DNA of 64,000 nucleotides from Capsulimonadaceae bacterium (GTDB taxonomy: Bacteria; Armatimonadota; Armatimonadia; Armatimonadales; Capsulimonadaceae). Both the position numbers and the translations under genes were made by a program. Under the pieces are notes generated by a model. The model ran no database searches. It saw only the letters and a program-made list of their open reading frames with translations, and was not told where the DNA came from. Location: positions 1,984,001 to 2,048,000 of the forward strand of contig OZ244065.1 in assembly GCA_965215505.1 (NCBI GenBank), written 5' to 3'. Positions 1 to 7,736 of this stretch are shown here, piece by piece; the stretch's first letter is position 1; every line of letters begins with the position of its first letter.

Positions 1-225
1 GGTGAAGGCGTTGATCTTCTTGCCCTTCGTCTGCTCCATGATGGTGACGGTGACGCTGGCCCCTTCAACGGTCGGCTTGCCCCACTGCGGGTTGTCGCCG
101 CCGATGTAAAGCACTTCGCCCAGGGTCGTCGTCGCGCCCGCCTCGCCCTCGAACTTATCCACGGTGAGGATGTTCTTCTCTTCGACTCGGTATTGCTTGC
201 CGCCGGCCCGAACGATTGCGTACAT
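1..225 (-). CDS. rplU: 50S ribosomal protein L21 (3' end runs off the window)
   Basis: Manual translation MYAIVRAGGKQYRVEEKNILTVDKFEGEAG...; not in the ORF track. Confidence 0.95.
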   Translation of the reverse strand, partial: MYAIVRAGGKQYRVEEKNILTVDKFEGEAGATTTLGEVLYIGGDNPQWGKPTVEGASVTVTIMEQTKGKKINAFT

Positions 226-299
226 GAAAATGCGTATCCTTTCGCGTGTGCGAACTTCTTCAAGATTTTTAAAGCATTTGCCCGAAGACAACGGGAGTT

Positions 300-329
300 A
301 GTATGACACAACGGCGGGCGGTTTGTCAA
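300..329 (-). promoter_or_regulatory. sigma70-type promoter of rplU
   Basis: TTGACA-N18-CATACT on the minus strand. Confidence 0.6.
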
Positions 330-366
330 GGGTAGTATTGACAGTAGAACCGGGGATACGGCGGGC

Positions 367-882
367 CTACAGAGTCCTCACCAAGTCCACGATCGTCTCG
401 TCACCCTGGTGGTGACTGCCGTCGGAGGATGTGAACTGCCAATGCTTCAGGTGGGGTTCGGATTGGAGTTGTCGGTAGCCTAATCTGAGGTAGAGCGCCT
501 GTGCCTCAGCATTGCCGGGAACATCCACGGCGATGTACAGGCTGTCACTGCCGCCGTCCTTCGCGATCGTCTCCATGCCACGGATGAAGAACGAGCCGTA
601 ACCCTTACGTCGCTGTTCCGGCAGGACGAGGAGGTCAACGATCTGCGGCAGGTGCAGCGTGTCCCCTGCATCCGACCAGTGGGAAGGGCGCGAAAAGACC
701 AGGCAGGCGAAGCCGATGACCGCTTCCGCTTTGGTCAGCACAAGGTATCGGAAGCCGCGCGGAGTGGCGGCGTCCCGGAGGCGGTCGCGGTGAATCGCCT
801 CGGGGGATTTGAGTACCGTAAGGATCGGTAGGTCCTCAGCCCGCGCATCGCGGACGGCAAGAGTGTCACTCGGGTGCTGCAT
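367..882 (-). CDS. GNAT family N-acetyltransferase
   Basis: Motif A (LLVLPEQRRKGYGS) and motif B (NAEAQALYLRLGY); start moved to the ATG just after the upstream stop. Confidence 0.85.
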   Translation of the reverse strand: MQHPSDTLAVRDARAEDLPILTVLKSPEAIHRDRLRDAATPRGFRYLVLTKAEAVIGFACLVFSRPSHWSDAGDTLHLPQIVDLLVLPEQRRKGYGSFFIRGMETIAKDGGSDSLYIAVDVPGNAEAQALYLRLGYRQLQSEPHLKHWQFTSSDGSHHQGDETIVDLVRTL

Positions 883-883
883 T

Positions 884-2203
884 TTAGCGCAGCACAAGCC
901 GGGCAGGAAGGTCTTTCCCAATGCCCGCATCCTGGCCGATCACGGAGACGGCATCGCCGGGCTTTAGGGAGGTCTGCGAGAAGCCCGCCGCGTCCGACTC
1001 CAGGAGCGCGCGGTAGCTGGTCTGGGCGTCCAGGCGGATGACCTTGGGGCGGGCCTGCGGCAGCGTCACGACCTTGCCGTCGGGCTGGACGATCTGGCGG
1101 GCCAGCAGGGTGAAGCCGGTCGGGCCGAAGCCGTCCGGCGCGATGACGCCTTCGATGCGGAGTTCGCCGACGCGGGGCAGCAGGAGCGGCACGTCGGGGG
1201 CCGCCGGGGCGGGGGCTGGAGGGGCCTCAGTGTCCGTGCCCGCATCGTCCGAAGAGGTGACGCGGAGATGGTCAATCCAGACGGTGCCGGTCTGTTTGCC
1301 GAGCAGGAACTGCGGGAAGCCGACCGGATGGCCGGTGGAGCCGTGGGGGATGATGCGGAAGGCGTAGTCACGCCAGGAGGTGTTCAGGGCGACATACTGC
1401 TGGTCGCAGATCGGGTGGTAGTCGCCGTCCGAGACGCCCCCCATGAGCATCATGTCGCGCGGCGCGTTCGCCTTCGCGCGGAACCGGACGGTGATGGGGA
1501 CGCCGTCTTTGACTGAGGCGTTCAGCCGGCCGAGCTGGACGTGCCACGCTTCGCCGTCCGTCCTCGTGATCGTCGTCACCTGCGCCGTGTCCTCGGTCGT
1601 CAGAGTGGCCTCGGCAGGGTCGAAGTGCTGGAGGTTCCAGAAGGGCGGGTCGGAAGGGCGCGTGACGACCGCTCCTTCGGCGGCCCGCGTCAAAGAAACA
1701 TCGGCAAGGTAGGTGGTGCCGACCGCGTTTCCGATGGTGAACTGCGGGCAGATGATCGCGCCGTCGCTTCGGTCGCTGACGAGGAACGTGTATTCGAATG
1801 TGCGCCACTCGGGGCGGAGATCAGCGACCTGACGTAATCCGATGCCGTGGTAGTCGCCGCCCGCCGTCAGGGCATAGACGGGGAGGGTGCGCCGAGCGTC
1901 GGCCTTGGCGCGGAAGCGGAGGGTGTAAAGCTGGCCTTCTTCCAGGGCGGGGCCGGAGTACTGGAACAGGCCGTGATAGGGCACGGAGTCCACGGCGGTC
2001 GTCGTGATGATGTCCGCGCCGCCCGCGCGTTTGAGGGTCGCCTTCGCCTTGCCGCCGACCTTGAGGCGCCAGTGTTTGGCGTCGGCGAGCGGCGTAAGAA
2101 GGTTAGGAGTGGGCGCGGACATGGCCGGGGGCGGCAGGAGAGGCCCGGCGAGGACGGAAAGCAGGCCGAGCAGGGCGGCGGAGGTGCGAACCGAAAAAGA
2201 CAT
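884..2203 (-). CDS. Secreted protein with two carbohydrate-binding (CBM4/9-like) domains
   Basis: Signal peptide; two repeats of (Y/I)T(L/V)RFRAKA...W..(F/Y).(Y/F)...PQF..G...GT.(Y/W); Pro/Ala linker. Confidence 0.6.
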   Translation of the reverse strand: MSFSVRTSAALLGLLSVLAGPLLPPPAMSAPTPNLLTPLADAKHWRLKVGGKAKATLKRAGGADIITTTAVDSVPYHGLFQYSGPALEEGQLYTLRFRAKADARRTLPVYALTAGGDYHGIGLRQVADLRPEWRTFEYTFLVSDRSDGAIICPQFTIGNAVGTTYLADVSLTRAAEGAVVTRPSDPPFWNLQHFDPAEATLTTEDTAQVTTITRTDGEAWHVQLGRLNASVKDGVPITVRFRAKANAPRDMMLMGGVSDGDYHPICDQQYVALNTSWRDYAFRIIPHGSTGHPVGFPQFLLGKQTGTVWIDHLRVTSSDDAGTDTEAPPAPAPAAPDVPLLLPRVGELRIEGVIAPDGFGPTGFTLLARQIVQPDGKVVTLPQARPKVIRLDAQTSYRALLESDAAGFSQTSLKPGDAVSVIGQDAGIGKDLPARLVLR

Positions 2204-2263
2204 GATAATCCCTCATAATCCTTCCGGGCGCAGGCCGCCGCCCTGTTCTGTTGATGTTTGCGG

Positions 2264-4054
2264 TTACGCCGCCGCCCGCTCCCGGCCCCCGCGCCCGTTG
2301 TCGCCGCCCTGGCGCTCCCCGCCCGAGCGGTCGCCGCTAACGGGCTTGCCGCCGCTGGTCGTGACGACCTCGGCGATGGCGACGGAGCGGCGGACGTCGG
2401 TCAGGCGGACCTTGACGATCTGGCCGCCGAAGCGCGCGCCGTTGGACAGCTCCACCTGGAAGGCGCGCTGCGGCAGCAGGTGGGCGGTCGCCCACGGGGC
2501 GCGGTCGCCGTGCGGGTCGTCGCGGCCCACCTGCACCTCGACGGTCTGGCCGCGCCGGGGCGGGGTCAGCGCACCCTCGAACTTCTGGAGGCCGCCCTGG
2601 TCGATGTCGAACTTCTCGATGTGGTGCCAGGACGGGACCGAGCGGACATAGATCGAGCGGCGCAGGGCGCGCTCCAATTCCTCGATGTCTTCGCCCTGCG
2701 CGCCGATGAGGTGGGCGCAGACGTCCGGGTGGGCGCTGACGACGAACGCCTCGTGCGGGGTGGTGGCGGCCAGCTTCCGCAGCTCGCGCTCGATAGACAG
2801 GGAGACAGTCTCGGCGGAGTCGATGCGCCCCAATCCGTGGCAGTAGGGGCAGATCTCGGTCATGGCCGTGTCCACGGTTTCGCCGGTCCGCTTGCGGGTC
2901 ATCTCGATCAGGCCGAGCGCGGAGATGCTGGAGATCTTGGTGCGCGAGCGGTCGTCTTTGAGCGCCTTGACGAAGGCGTCCATGACGGCCTTCTTGTCGC
3001 GGGCGCTGTCCATGTCGATGAAGTCCAGGACGATCATGCCACCCAGGTCGCGCAGGCGGAGCTGGCGGGCGATCTCGTCGGTCGCCTCCAGGTTGGTCTT
3101 CAGGATGGTGTCGGACAGGCCGACGGTGCCGGTGAACTTGCCGGAGTTGACGTCAATGGAAACCAGGGCCTCGGTCTGGTCGATGACGAGCGAGCCGCCC
3201 GAGGGCAGCGGGACCTTGCGCTGCAAGAGTCGCTCGACGTCGGCTTCGATCTTGAAGTGTTCGAAGATGGGCTTGTCGCCGTCATACAGCTCGATCCGGT
3301 CTTGGAGGTCCGGCGACAGACGCGCGATGATCTCGTGCGCCTGCGCGTAGTCGGTCGGCGAGTCAATGACGAGCCGGCTGACGTCGGAGCCGAAGGCGTC
3401 TCGGAGGATCTTCAGGACGAGGCCCATGTCCTGATGGATCAGGGCGGGCGCGGGGGTCGTCTTGGCCTTCTGCTGGATGCCCTTCCAGGTTTCCAAAAGC
3501 ATCAAATAGTCCAGGCGAAGCTCGGCGGCGCTGCGGCCCTCCGACTCGGTGCGGACGATGACGCCCGTGCCCTGCTCCCGGAACTTCTGGACGATCTTTT
3601 TGAGCCGGTCCCGCTCTTTGCCTTCCTCGATCTTGCGCGAGACGCCGAGGTTGTTGGCGTCGGGCATCAGGACCAGGAAGCGGCCGGGCAGGGAGACGCG
3701 CGAGGAGACGCGCGACCCTTTGGTGCTGCGCGGGCCTTTGACGACCTGGACGAGAAGCTGGTCGCCGCGCCGCACCAAGTCGGTGATGTGGAGGTCGCGC
3801 CGGTTGCGGCGCGGGCCGCCGTCCTCGTCGTCTTCGGGCAGAATGTCGGCCACATAGAGGAAGGCGTTGCGCTCCAGGCCGATCTCGACGAAGGCCGCGT
3901 CCATGCCGGGCAGGACATTGTCCACTTTCGCTTTATACAGGTTGCCGACGACGCGCTGTTCGCGCTCGACGTGCAGTTCGGTCAACTGCTTGTCCAGCAG
4001 GACCGCGATGCGCGTCTCCCGGTGGTCCACGTTGACGATGATTTCTTTTGCCAT
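2264..4054 (-). CDS. rng: Rne/Rng family ribonuclease with C-terminal TRAM-like domain
   Basis: GNLYKAKVDNVLPGMDAAFV, IDVNSG, LRLRDLGGMIVLDFIDM, CPYCHG. Confidence 0.93.
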   Translation of the reverse strand: MAKEIIVNVDHRETRIAVLLDKQLTELHVEREQRVVGNLYKAKVDNVLPGMDAAFVEIGLERNAFLYVADILPEDDEDGGPRRNRRDLHITDLVRRGDQLLVQVVKGPRSTKGSRVSSRVSLPGRFLVLMPDANNLGVSRKIEEGKERDRLKKIVQKFREQGTGVIVRTESEGRSAAELRLDYLMLLETWKGIQQKAKTTPAPALIHQDMGLVLKILRDAFGSDVSRLVIDSPTDYAQAHEIIARLSPDLQDRIELYDGDKPIFEHFKIEADVERLLQRKVPLPSGGSLVIDQTEALVSIDVNSGKFTGTVGLSDTILKTNLEATDEIARQLRLRDLGGMIVLDFIDMDSARDKKAVMDAFVKALKDDRSRTKISSISALGLIEMTRKRTGETVDTAMTEICPYCHGLGRIDSAETVSLSIERELRKLAATTPHEAFVVSAHPDVCAHLIGAQGEDIEELERALRRSIYVRSVPSWHHIEKFDIDQGGLQKFEGALTPPRRGQTVEVQVGRDDPHGDRAPWATAHLLPQRAFQVELSNGARFGGQIVKVRLTDVRRSVAIAEVVTTSGGKPVSGDRSGGERQGGDNGRGGRERAAA

Positions 4055-4105
4055 TCCCTTACTCTTTCAGGTTGCTACCGGCGCTTCCAGCGCCGGTTAA
4101 AAATG

Positions 4106-4615
4106 CTAACGCCCGGTCAGGTGGTGCCAGAAGCGTCCTGCCGCGCCGCCACCGTCCCGCGCCGCCGGGGGGGCGGCCTCGGGGGGGGCGGAGGGCGCGA
4201 CGGGGGCGGTCAGGCCCTTCACCATGATGGGGCGCTCGCCGGGGCGGAGGTAGCCGTAGCTGCGGGCTTCGGAGGCGATCCCGTCGGTCGTCTGCAAATA
4301 GCGGATGCGGCGCGTGAGGTCCGCGTTCTGGGCCACGAGCGCGGCGCTCTCGCGCCGCGTGGCGGCGAGCTGGTCGCTCTGGACGCCGACCTCCCGGTAG
4401 GGCCGGGCGGCTTTGGCGACCAGACCGATGGCGAAGAAGACCAGGACCACGATCACTCCCAGCAGCAGGGCCAGGCGAGCCCAGAGGCCGAGGATGCGCC
4501 GGGGCCGTTTCCAGCCGGACTTGCCGCGCCGGGACCGGCGGCGGCTTTCCAGTTCGTCCGCCTCGATATGCGTGTTCCGGCGGGAGGGCCGGGCGTCTTG
4601 CGTGTCGCTGTCCAT
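4106..4615 (-). CDS. Septum formation initiator (FtsB/DivIC family)
   Basis: Single TM, coiled coil, then ARSYGYLRPGE motif. Confidence 0.8.
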   Translation of the reverse strand: MDSDTQDARPSRRNTHIEADELESRRRSRRGKSGWKRPRRILGLWARLALLLGVIVVLVFFAIGLVAKAARPYREVGVQSDQLAATRRESAALVAQNADLTRRIRYLQTTDGIASEARSYGYLRPGERPIMVKGLTAPVAPSAPPEAAPPAARDGGGAAGRFWHHLTGR

Positions 4616-4653
4616 GATGACTTAGAATTACTCCGGGCCACTATTCCGGGTGA

Positions 4654-6090
4654 TTATTCCGGGCGCAGGGGCTGGCCGATGCGGTGGATCTTGATGAAAT
4701 TGGTGCTGCCGGGCCGGCCCACGGGGACGCCGCCGGTCAGGACCACCACGTCGTCGTTTTTGACCAGTCCGGTCTGCTCGGCGGCATCAATGCTGGCCTG
4801 CATCATGCTGTCCGAGTCGTCGGCGATCTCGACCAGGACCGGATGGACGCCCCAGACGAGGGCCAGCCGCTGGTACGTCTCGGGCAGGTTCGTGGCGCAG
4901 ATGATGGGCGCGCGGGGCCGGTAGCGCGAGACGACGCGGGCCGTCCTCCCGGTGGCCGAGGCGGTCAGGATGGCCGTACAGTTCAGGTCGTGCGCGATGT
5001 CGCAGGTGGCCTGTCCGACCGCGCCGGTGATGGACTGCCCGGTCTCGAGGTGCGTCTTCTCGTCGAGTATCTTGCCGTAGTCCAGCGACCCCTCGGTGTG
5101 GGTGGCGATCTTCGCCATCATGCGGACGGCCTCGAACGGGTACAGGCCGACCGCCGTCTCGCCCGAGAGCATGACGGCGTCGGTGCCGTCGAAGATGGCA
5201 TTCGCCACGTCGGACACCTCGGCGCGGGTCGGGCGGGGGTTGCGGATCATCGAGTCCAGCATCTGGGTGGCCGTGATGACCGGCTTGCCGGCCCGGTTGG
5301 CCTTGCGGATCAGCATCTTCTGGATGACCGGCACCTCGTCAATCGGCACCTCGACGCCGAGGTCGCCGCGCGCCACCATGATGCCGTCCACGGCCTCCAT
5401 GATGGCGTCAATGTTCTGGACCGCCTCATGCTTCTCGATCTTGGCGATCAGCGGGATCTTGGCGCGGGCGGCCTCGCAGACCCCGCGCAGCACGGCGATG
5501 TCGCTGGCCGTCCGGACGAACGAGGCGGCGACGTAGTCCACCTTCTGCGCGATGCCGAAGCGCAGGTCGTCCAGGTCCTTGTCGGTGACGGCGGCGATGG
5601 GCAGCGAGACGCCCGGCACGTTGACGCCCTTGTTGGACGACAGCAGGCCGCCGACGACCACCTCGCAGACGAGGGCGCTGGACCGCTTGGATTTGACCCG
5701 CAGCTCCAGCAGCCCGTCGTCGAGCATCAGGTGTGTCCCCGGCTTGACCGCCTCGAAGATCTCGGGGATGGGCAGGTTGACCTGGTTCTCGTCTCCCGGC
5801 ACGTCGTCCAGGGTCAGCGTGATCTCCGCGCCGGGCCTCAGCAGGACGCCCTCGCCGGCGATGGTGCCGACGCGCACCTTGGGGCCGGACAGGTCTTGCA
5901 GGAGTGCGAGCGGCGTGTTCAGGTCGCGGGCGATGGTACGGAGGTGGCCGATGACCTCGGCGTGCTGCTCGTGGGAGCCGTGGGAGAAGTTGAGGCGCGC
6001 GACGTTCATCCCCGCTTCCACGAGGTGGCGCAGGTTTTCGGGGCTGCGGGAGGCAGGCCCAATGGTGCAGACAATTTTGGTTCGGCGCAT
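4654..6090 (-). CDS. pyk: Pyruvate kinase
   Basis: MRRTKIVCTIGPAS, ARLNFSHG, IMVARGDLGVE, DAVMLSGET. Confidence 0.98.
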   Translation of the reverse strand: MRRTKIVCTIGPASRSPENLRHLVEAGMNVARLNFSHGSHEQHAEVIGHLRTIARDLNTPLALLQDLSGPKVRVGTIAGEGVLLRPGAEITLTLDDVPGDENQVNLPIPEIFEAVKPGTHLMLDDGLLELRVKSKRSSALVCEVVVGGLLSSNKGVNVPGVSLPIAAVTDKDLDDLRFGIAQKVDYVAASFVRTASDIAVLRGVCEAARAKIPLIAKIEKHEAVQNIDAIMEAVDGIMVARGDLGVEVPIDEVPVIQKMLIRKANRAGKPVITATQMLDSMIRNPRPTRAEVSDVANAIFDGTDAVMLSGETAVGLYPFEAVRMMAKIATHTEGSLDYGKILDEKTHLETGQSITGAVGQATCDIAHDLNCTAILTASATGRTARVVSRYRPRAPIICATNLPETYQRLALVWGVHPVLVEIADDSDSMMQASIDAAEQTGLVKNDDVVVLTGGVPVGRPGSTNFIKIHRIGQPLRPE

Positions 6091-6138
6091 CAGTGTGGGG
6101 GCCTTCGCGTGGGCGGCGTGTCGGGACGCTGCTTGATT

Positions 6139-6198
6139 ATTATAACCGATTACATCTCGTTCGTCAACATTGACGCGCATTCGGAACTATGTTACCAT
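6139..6198. promoter_or_regulatory. Back-to-back divergent sigma70 promoters (pyk / aspartyl protease)
   Basis: Minus: TTGACG(6162-6167)-N17-TATAAT(6139-6144). Plus: TTGACG(6170-6175)-N17-TACCAT(6193-6198) with an extended TG. Confidence 0.8.
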
Positions 6199-6204
6199 AA
6201 AGGC

Positions 6205-7347
6205 ATGAAAACGCTGCTGCTTCTATGTGTTCTGTGGGCGGCGGGGCTGGGCCGCGTCTGCGCCCAGGACGCTGTGACTGTGCCGTTCCAGTTCACAGGC
6301 GGTCATATTTTCGTACCCATCAGCATCAACGGGCAGGGACCGTTCACGGCGCTCTTTGACACCGGCAGTTCTTTGTTTCTGGTGACGCCCGCTCTCGCGA
6401 AGAGCCTGCATCTGGTGACGAACGGGGCGGCACGTGTGAACGGGCTGGGAGGGAAGACATTCGGAGCGGAAACGGCCGAGGCTGAAACCGTACAGATCGG
6501 CGGCGTCACGCTTCCCCATCCCGCCTTCGTCGTGGTTGACTTGGGGGAGGTCAGGGTCAATGCCGTCATCGGCGCTGAGATGCTGCGCCGTTTCGTCGTC
6601 CGGATAGATTACGACGCGCGCCTCCTGACCCTGACGCGCCCCGACAGGTTCGTCTACCGGGGCGGCGGAGTCGTGCTGCCCCTCCGACTGCACGGCGACA
6701 CTCCCGCCGTAGACGGGGCGGTGGACGGCGTCCGGGGCCGGTTCACCCTGGATACGGGGGCGGTGGGTGCCCTGGACCTGTTCGCCCCGTTCGTCCGGGC
6801 ACATGACCTGCGCCACAAGTACGCGGCGGGCTTCACCGGTACGACGGGGGTGGGCCTCGGCGGGGTCATGCAGGCGCAGTCCGTCCGCGTGGGAACCCTG
6901 ACGCTGGGTGCCGCCGAGGTGCCGGACGTCGCGACGGGCCTGTCTGCCGATCAGGGAGGGGCGTCTTCGGCGGCGGACATCGCGGGGAACATCGGGGAGG
7001 CCGTGCTGCGGCGGTTCAACCTGACCTTTGACTATGCGCACGGGCAGGTGATCTTGGAGAAGAACACCGGCTACGGCAGGCCCGAAGACGGCCACGCGGG
7101 GCTTGGGCTGGAGCCGCAGGGGCGGGCGTGGCGCGTGGTCAGCGTCACCCCGGACGGTGCGGCGGCGCAGGCGGGAATCAGGGAGAGCGACTGGGTTATT
7201 CAGATTGCGGGGAAGGATGCCGGGCAACTGTCCCCCGCCGCGCTCTCGGACGTCTTCCACCGGCCCGTCGGCAGGAAGGTTTGGCTGCTGCTCCAAGGGG
7301 GCGGGCAGAGACGGCTCGTGGCGGTGACGCTGGGGAGAGTGCCGTGA
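6205..7347 (+). CDS. Secreted double-domain aspartyl protease with C-terminal PDZ domain
   Basis: Signal peptide, two DTG motifs (LFDTGS, TLDTGA), GLGL-type PDZ. Confidence 0.85.
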   Translation: MKTLLLLCVLWAAGLGRVCAQDAVTVPFQFTGGHIFVPISINGQGPFTALFDTGSSLFLVTPALAKSLHLVTNGAARVNGLGGKTFGAETAEAETVQIGGVTLPHPAFVVVDLGEVRVNAVIGAEMLRRFVVRIDYDARLLTLTRPDRFVYRGGGVVLPLRLHGDTPAVDGAVDGVRGRFTLDTGAVGALDLFAPFVRAHDLRHKYAAGFTGTTGVGLGGVMQAQSVRVGTLTLGAAEVPDVATGLSADQGGASSAADIAGNIGEAVLRRFNLTFDYAHGQVILEKNTGYGRPEDGHAGLGLEPQGRAWRVVSVTPDGAAAQAGIRESDWVIQIAGKDAGQLSPAALSDVFHRPVGRKVWLLLQGGGQRRLVAVTLGRVP

Positions 7348-7358
7348 TGGGGGCGGGG

Positions 7359-7439
7359 GAGGGCGCGGAGGGGAAAGAGGGCGCGGAGGGGAAAGAGGGC
7401 GCGGAGGGGAAAGAGGGCGCGGAGGGGAAAGAGGGCGCG
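7359..7439 (+). repeat. 18-bp tandem repeat GAGGGCGCGGAGGGGAAA, 4.5 copies
   Basis: Exact units at 7359, 7377, 7395, 7413 and a partial unit at 7431. Confidence 0.95.
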
Positions 7440-7456
7440 ATGAATCGCGCCCCTAC
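7432..7456 (-). repeat. GTAG-type REP palindrome
   Basis: GTAGGGGCGCGATTCATCGCGCCCT; relatives at 37972, 43580, 52277, 52633, 61995, 62036. Confidence 0.8.
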
Positions 7457-7482
7457 ATGGCCCGCATGGGCAGAGAGCGGGA

Positions 7483-7559
7483 TAGCCCATCGGGGATTTG
7501 AACCACCGGTTTCCGCGCCGAGAAGCGCGGCGTCCTGGGCCGGGCTAGACGAATGGGCC
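7483..7559 (-). tRNA. tRNA-Glu(CTC)-like gene with atypical structure (8-nt anticodon loop, bulged T-stem, CCA not encoded)
   Basis: Cloverleaf: acceptor GGCCCAT/ATGGGCT, D-stem GTCT/GGAC, anticodon stem CCGCG/CGCGG, T-loop TTCAAAT; TATACT lies 12 nt upstream. Confidence 0.85.
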
Positions 7560-7603
7560 GTCTCGGGAGGGAGTATACCTGAGAAGATGTCAAGAAGCCG
7601 ATG

Positions 7604-7718
7604 CGGGCGGTTGAAACCGCGCCAACAAAAGCACAAAGTCTGCCTCCGCAGACTAAGACCGGTCCTGAACCTGCGAAGGCAGGTTTCGTGAACTCGTTGC
7701 CGCGACTTCAGTCGCCCG
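7604..7718. repeat. REPIN/MITE-like element with nested palindromic arms
   Basis: CGGGCGGTTGAAACCGCGCCAAC versus inverted CGGGCGACTGAAGTCGCGGCAAC, plus two inner hairpins. Confidence 0.7.
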
Positions 7719-7736
7719 ATCTACTCTTGATGGTCC

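Noticed and set aside
2258-4924. 888-aa plus-strand ORF and similar long antisense ORFs (57452-60736, 52712-54067, 47433-49313, 35201-36811)
   Set aside because: Shadow frames opposite well-conserved genes in high-GC DNA; no recognisable motifs.
4684-6204. N-terminal 500 aa of the 887-aa ORF 4684-7347
   Set aside because: Antisense to pyk; the real gene starts at 6205 with a signal peptide and its own promoter.
7359-7439. Possible CRISPR array
   Set aside because: The units are contiguous with no spacers, and there are no cas genes.
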